DNA from: Staphylococcus phage vB_StaM_PB50
Length of the DNA: 64,000 nt
Sequence record: OR770614.1
Reading direction: 5' to 3' (one strand)
How positions within the stretch are numbered: position 1 is the stretch's first letter; the number at the start of each line of letters is the position of its first letter. Under the pieces are notes generated by a model, which saw only the letters and a list, made by a program, of their open reading frames with translations, was not told where the DNA came from and searched no databases. Made by a program: the position numbers and the translations under genes. Of the stretch, positions 63,988-64,000 are shown piece after piece.

Positions 63988-64000
63988 TATTTCAGTTTCC

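Overview
This 64 kb window is extremely AT-rich and reads as a virus genome segment, most likely a large virulent phage of a low-GC Gram-positive host. Every credible gene is on the minus strand, with short intergenic spacers and strong AGGAG-type ribosome-binding sites. Content: a T4-like replication and recombination set (NAD-dependent DNA ligase, RecA/UvsX-like recombinase, type II topoisomerase A and B subunits); at least one multisubunit RNA-polymerase beta-type subunit gene, which points to a jumbo phage of the phiKZ or Bacillus AR9/PBS1 kind (similarity only, not verified); a processive family-2 glycosyltransferase; a retron-type reverse transcriptase; a staphylococcal-nuclease homologue; a metallo-beta-lactamase-fold protein; a putative peptidoglycan hydrolase; and C-terminal structural-looking genes. 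The window is saturated with selfish elements: seven group I intron cores (six of them unusually small, about 168-184 nt, without ORFs), one intron-borne PD-(D/E)xK/Vsr-like endonuclease, one LAGLIDADG-type intein at the catalytic tyrosine of the topoisomerase A subunit, and four free-standing NUMOD4/HNH endonuclease genes. The rest consists of many small unknown proteins, often membrane proteins, including an 11-member family with a conserved C-terminal ...KEYK..[VI]K[DEN][NS]FK tail and a duplicated two-gene module. Four items are the most interesting. First, the mini-intron family with exon junctions reconstructed in an RNAP beta-like gene and in the topoisomerase B-subunit gene. Second, a retron-like module: a ~1.1 kb ORF-free array of four structured repeats, then the reverse transcriptase, then an overlapping downstream gene. 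Third, a family of conserved-stem hairpins fused to an AT-rich TTATAATATATATTTAA box in more than 10 intergenic regions. Fourth, the tail-motif protein family. All calls are by eye from sequence and translation. No database searches were run.
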